DNA from: Candidatus Obscuribacterales bacterium
GTDB lineage: Bacteria > Cyanobacteriota > Vampirovibrionia > Obscuribacterales > Obscuribacteraceae
Reading direction: 5' to 3'
Assembly: GCA_965228855.1 (NCBI GenBank)
Contig: CBDDIJ010000003.1
Span: forward strand, 3,616,001 to 3,680,000
DNA: 64,000 bases
Shown: in pieces, positions 61,035 through 64,000 of the stretch
Numbering within the stretch: position 1 is the first letter of the stretch
Layout of the letters: each line of letters begins with the position of its first letter
Translations under genes and position numbers: made by a program
Notes under the pieces: model-generated
The model's input: the letters and a program-made list of their open reading frames with translations, nothing else
What the model was told of the DNA's origin: nothing
The model's database searches: none

Positions 61035-62015
61035 CTAAGCGCCACGTTCTCCGGACTCGAGTTCCTTTATAAACTCGCAGAGCTTCTCGGCATCAGCATT
61101 GTCGGGAAGAATCCCAGCCGCCTTCTCCAGACAGTCGTAAGCTCCGGAGAAATCCTCACTCAGGGCACGCACTCGAGCCAGGTGCAGCCATCCGTTCAAA
61201 TAATTCGGGTTGAGCGACAGCGCCTTTTCCAAAATCTTCTGGGACTTCAGAATATTTCCTTCGCCCAGGTAGAGAAAACCAAGATTACCATGCGGCCATT
61301 CAAAGTCCGGATATTCTTCGATCAGCGCCTCAAATACTTCCTTGGCACCGTCGATATCACCAGCCATCATCAGGTTGTACCCGGAGATGTTTCGTTGCTC
61401 CGCCATGAGCGGCACCGGAAATCTGGGCAATCTGGCTTGCAAGAAATTCTTGGCTTTCACGCCCCAGTCGCCGGCACCATCTCCTTCGATTGCGTATGTG
61501 AGCGCATCGCGAGCCTGTTCTGTCCAGCCAAGTTCCTTGTAGTGAACTCCAAGCTCGTAGAACTCGCGAGGAGTTAAATCAGTCGGCACCACGCGCGGTG
61601 GCGGCTCCTCGGCTCCGGCCACAGACACGACCTCGACCAACTCCTCGATAAATTTGCTTACTTTATCCTCGGGAACCCCGAGCGCAGTGAGCTGCTCCCG
61701 GATGTCATCCAGATGTTGCTTCGAGTCGGAGTCGCCTGTTCCATCGGCATCGTCGTGGTCGTTGCTTGCCTGTTGTTGAAGCAGTTTCATCACCGCATTC
61801 GTTAGGTTCGCCCCAATCCTCGCACCTTGCTGATAGCCCCGCCGAGCCTCCTCGTCAAGCTTGTCGCCGTTCGGTGTGTCCTCCGGCTCCTCATAGCCAA
61901 GCGTGAAAGCCTCCGTCGCCTGGTCATTCTTTCCCATGAGCAGGTACTTGATTCCCAAACGTCGATATTCACGAGCCGATAGTCCGGTGGGCAATTCGTC
62001 CGGCGGTAACGCCAT
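61035..62015 (-). CDS. TPR protein
   Basis: TPR patterns such as PHGNLGFLYL..G...KAL.LNP; internally duplicated N-terminal unit. Confidence 0.8.
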   Translation of the reverse strand: MALPPDELPTGLSAREYRRLGIKYLLMGKNDQATEAFTLGYEEPEDTPNGDKLDEEARRGYQQGARIGANLTNAVMKLLQQQASNDHDDADGTGDSDSKQHLDDIREQLTALGVPEDKVSKFIEELVEVVSVAGAEEPPPRVVPTDLTPREFYELGVHYKELGWTEQARDALTYAIEGDGAGDWGVKAKNFLQARLPRFPVPLMAEQRNISGYNLMMAGDIDGAKEVFEALIEEYPDFEWPHGNLGFLYLGEGNILKSQKILEKALSLNPNYLNGWLHLARVRALSEDFSGAYDCLEKAAGILPDNADAEKLCEFIKELESGERGA

Positions 62016-62106
62016 TAGCTCTTCCTTGGATCTCCAGAGTTCGATCTAGATTTACCCGCCAGAAAGATATATAGACTTATATCGGCGAAAAACTTTTGAG
62101 ATTCAG

Positions 62107-62149
62107 AAAGAAAAGCCTGAATTCAGCACGCAGGCGCGAATCCAGGCTT
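62107..62149 (-). terminator. Terminator of the ArsR-metallothionein unit
   Basis: Minus strand AAGCCTGGATTC...GAATTCAGGCTT followed by TTCTTT. Confidence 0.75.
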
Positions 62150-62179
62150 CTTAAAAATTAGATTTTTGTTGTCGAACGA

Positions 62180-62335
62180 TTAGGCGGCACACTCTTTGCA
62201 GCCGTTTTCACACGAGCAGCATTCGCAGCAGCAATCGCAATTCGCGCACTTGCCGCAACTTTTGTCGCTACATTTTGCGCAATTAGAGTCCTTACAACAA
62301 TCTTCTTTCTTACAGCACTCGTTCTTTTCGCTCAT
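62180..62335 (-). CDS. Metallothionein-like Cys-rich protein (51 aa, 17 Cys)
   Basis: MSEKNECCKKEDCCKDSNCAKCSDKSCGKCANCDCCCECCSCENGCKECAA; GAGGT RBS; 31 nt downstream of the ArsR/SmtB gene. Confidence 0.85.
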   Translation of the reverse strand: MSEKNECCKKEDCCKDSNCAKCSDKSCGKCANCDCCCECCSCENGCKECAA

Positions 62336-62366
62336 TTTAAACCTCACTTGCAGTAAACAAAGCCGG

Positions 62367-62792
62367 TCACTCGCCTGGAGTAACCATGCTAACTATTCCG
62401 TCTCGACTACCCTCACTGTCACGAAGCAGGCACACTGCTTTATGCAACAGGTCGATTATGCAGGTGTCTATCACCTTGTAGTAGACATTCGTACCAACGC
62501 GACGGGTTGAAACAATTCCGCGGTCCGAAAGGCGCTGCAATTGATTTGATACAGCCTGCGGTTTCATGCCGAGAGATACGGCAAGGTCGCAAACGCACAT
62601 TTCTTTCGCTAAGGCCAGTGTGTGCAGAAGTTTCAGCCGAGTGTCATTGGCGAGGATTTTGAACAAGTCTTCCAATTCCGAAGCGTCTCTGTCAGAGAGG
62701 GGAGCTTCGTCTGGAAAGACAAATTCAGTTGGACAACATTGTTGCCGAACCTCACTCTTGTCTACGCTTGAACTGGTCACCTGATACTCCAT
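62367..62792 (-). CDS. ArsR/SmtB family metal-sensing repressor
   Basis: FKILANDTRLKLL, EMCVCDL (alpha3 metal motif), QAVSNQL..L, V..RR.G..VYY; N-terminal CC. Confidence 0.92.
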   Translation of the reverse strand: MEYQVTSSSVDKSEVRQQCCPTEFVFPDEAPLSDRDASELEDLFKILANDTRLKLLHTLALAKEMCVCDLAVSLGMKPQAVSNQLQRLSDRGIVSTRRVGTNVYYKVIDTCIIDLLHKAVCLLRDSEGSRDGIVSMVTPGE

Positions 62793-62824
62793 TTATTTCG
62801 GGCAATTGAGTCACCAATTTCATT

Positions 62825-62844
62825 ATTACACCAGATCGTGTAAT
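62825..62844. promoter_or_regulatory. Putative ArsR operator
   Basis: Perfect inverted repeat ATTACAC-N6-GTGTAAT, 32 nt upstream of the ArsR start. Confidence 0.65.
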
Positions 62845-62995
62845 TGTGTACATTAATTGTGGTTCCAGACACAGAACGTCCTATTTTATAGAACTGGAAA
62901 CCGTTTTCAGTTTCATTCCTGCTTATATTATGGGGTAGGCAAGCAGTTCTAAAACTTCCCTACACACAGGCTAATGACACCCATATCCATAGAAA

Positions 62996-64000
62996 CTAGC
63001 GTGACCCCATCGGCTCGCTTCCACCCACACGGAATACCACTGGGTCGCTGAACGCTCCAACAATCAACCGCTCTCCATTCAAAGACGCGGCGCGCACGCA
63101 ATAAGTCCCCGGCTCCAGGTCGGCAGTGGGAATTCGGAAAGTCGAACTCGTCTCGCCCGCAGTCCACCTCTTCGAAGCACGAGATGAAATTTCCGTTTCC
63201 CGATACGTTCTCTTATAAGTCTCAAAACATTCATTCGGTTTTGACAACTCTATAACCAAACCTTGCGCGCCATCAACCTCGGTATCACAAATGAAAACCG
63301 CCTCGTCTCCGCGCGCACTAAGACCCGTTGGAGATTGACTCAAATAGCGATTATCAGGGCGTAAGCGCGGAACATAGTCGGCGTCACTGGCGAGCCGCAC
63401 AGTCAAATCTTTGATGGCTTTGACGTTTCGTATCTGAAGATGCAATTTATCCACTGAAGGCTGCAAATACCAGCCAACCTGCTCTGCCAGGGCGAAACGG
63501 TACGTGTGGAGTTTCGCATCGCCAATCACATCGGAGTATGCTGCCGTTCCGTAAACATCACTCGCGACCCGTTTCCAATTCTCGCCCCACGAGAGGGTAG
63601 CATAGCCGCCGTCCCTGGTTCCCTCGCAAGAGAAGCGGATCTCTATCGCTTCACAAGACAGAGGTATCAACGAAGGATCAATCAAGATATCGTAGGAGGA
63701 AGATGTGGAACTATCGTCATGTTGCGTCACAATCAAATTGTGCGAAGCCAATGGCATCGCATCCGGTATCAGCTGAACGCGCGACAATTTGAGAGTCTCG
63801 GGCTCCCATTTCGTAACGACGCAAAAGGAGAGCAGATACTGCCGAAGTGCCGTCGCATTAATTAGATTGGCATCGCGCTCCGTGAAGTGCTCGCGATCGA
63901 GAATTTGCACTCGATGGTAGTTGGATTTGGGCATAAACGGCTCGTTCTGCGTCACCGGTAGCAACGCCTGGTTTAAGCCATAAGGTCCATCAATATTTAG
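62996..64000 (-). CDS. C-terminal part of a larger hypothetical protein (truncated at window end)
   Basis: Frame stays open from 63964 to the window edge; beta-sandwich-like C-terminal sequence. Confidence 0.65.
   Translation of the reverse strand, partial: LNIDGPYGLNQALLPVTQNEPFMPKSNYHRVQILDREHFTERDANLINATALRQYLLSFCVVTKWEPETLKLSRVQLIPDAMPLASHNLIVTQHDDSSTSSSYDILIDPSLIPLSCEAIEIRFSCEGTRDGGYATLSWGENWKRVASDVYGTAAYSDVIGDAKLHTYRFALAEQVGWYLQPSVDKLHLQIRNVKAIKDLTVRLASDADYVPRLRPDNRYLSQSPTGLSARGDEAVFICDTEVDGAQGLVIELSKPNECFETYKRTYRETEISSRASKRWTAGETSSTFRIPTADLEPGTYCVRAASLNGERLIVGAFSDPVVFRVGGSEPMGSR

Noticed and set aside
62196..62510. 104-aa Gln-rich plus-strand ORF
   Set aside because: Antisense shadow of the TGC/TGT-rich metallothionein gene and the end of the ArsR gene; the minus-strand genes have the RBS, terminator and motif support
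1..64000. CRISPR arrays, tRNA/rRNA, IS elements, integrases, prophage genes
   Set aside because: No regularly spaced repeats, cloverleaf motifs or transposase/integrase/phage motifs seen by eye

Overview
A gene-dense bacterial chromosomal window of about 50% GC. The gene content (many TPR/WD40 proteins, kinase-TM-LRR proteins, a DUF4388-like protein, a cyanobacterial-style 6S RNA candidate, no photosynthesis genes) suggests, by inference, a non-photosynthetic Cyanobacteria relative (Melainabacteria/Vampirovibrionia, Obscuribacterales-like). Recognisable content: pgm; a GH14 beta-amylase fused to a ~540-aa unknown N-terminal region; an SSS transporter; a fatty-acid desaturase; a proline iminopeptidase; leuA plus an ilvD-ilvC-ilvG-ilvM-cimA-leuC-leuD-leuB operon; an HtrA-like protease; an RND pump with adaptor and NemR-like TetR; plsC; a Rieske oxygenase; divergently arranged eutB / eutC-eutA; and an ArsR/SmtB repressor. 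The strongest signals are absent from the ORF track: (1) a 51-aa, 17-Cys, His-free metallothionein-like gene directly behind the ArsR gene, with its own RBS and terminator, and a palindromic operator ahead of the pair; (2) two complete leader-peptide attenuators (Leu-sensing, apparently leaderless, before leuA; Ile/Val/Leu-sensing before ilvD); (3) a duplicated promoter with a NemR-type operator in front of each efflux subunit; (4) a probable 6S RNA; (5) small orphan proteins, three of which share an N-terminal motif at the same offset. No tRNA, rRNA, CRISPR array or mobile element was seen. All family assignments come from reading motifs by eye; no database searches were run.
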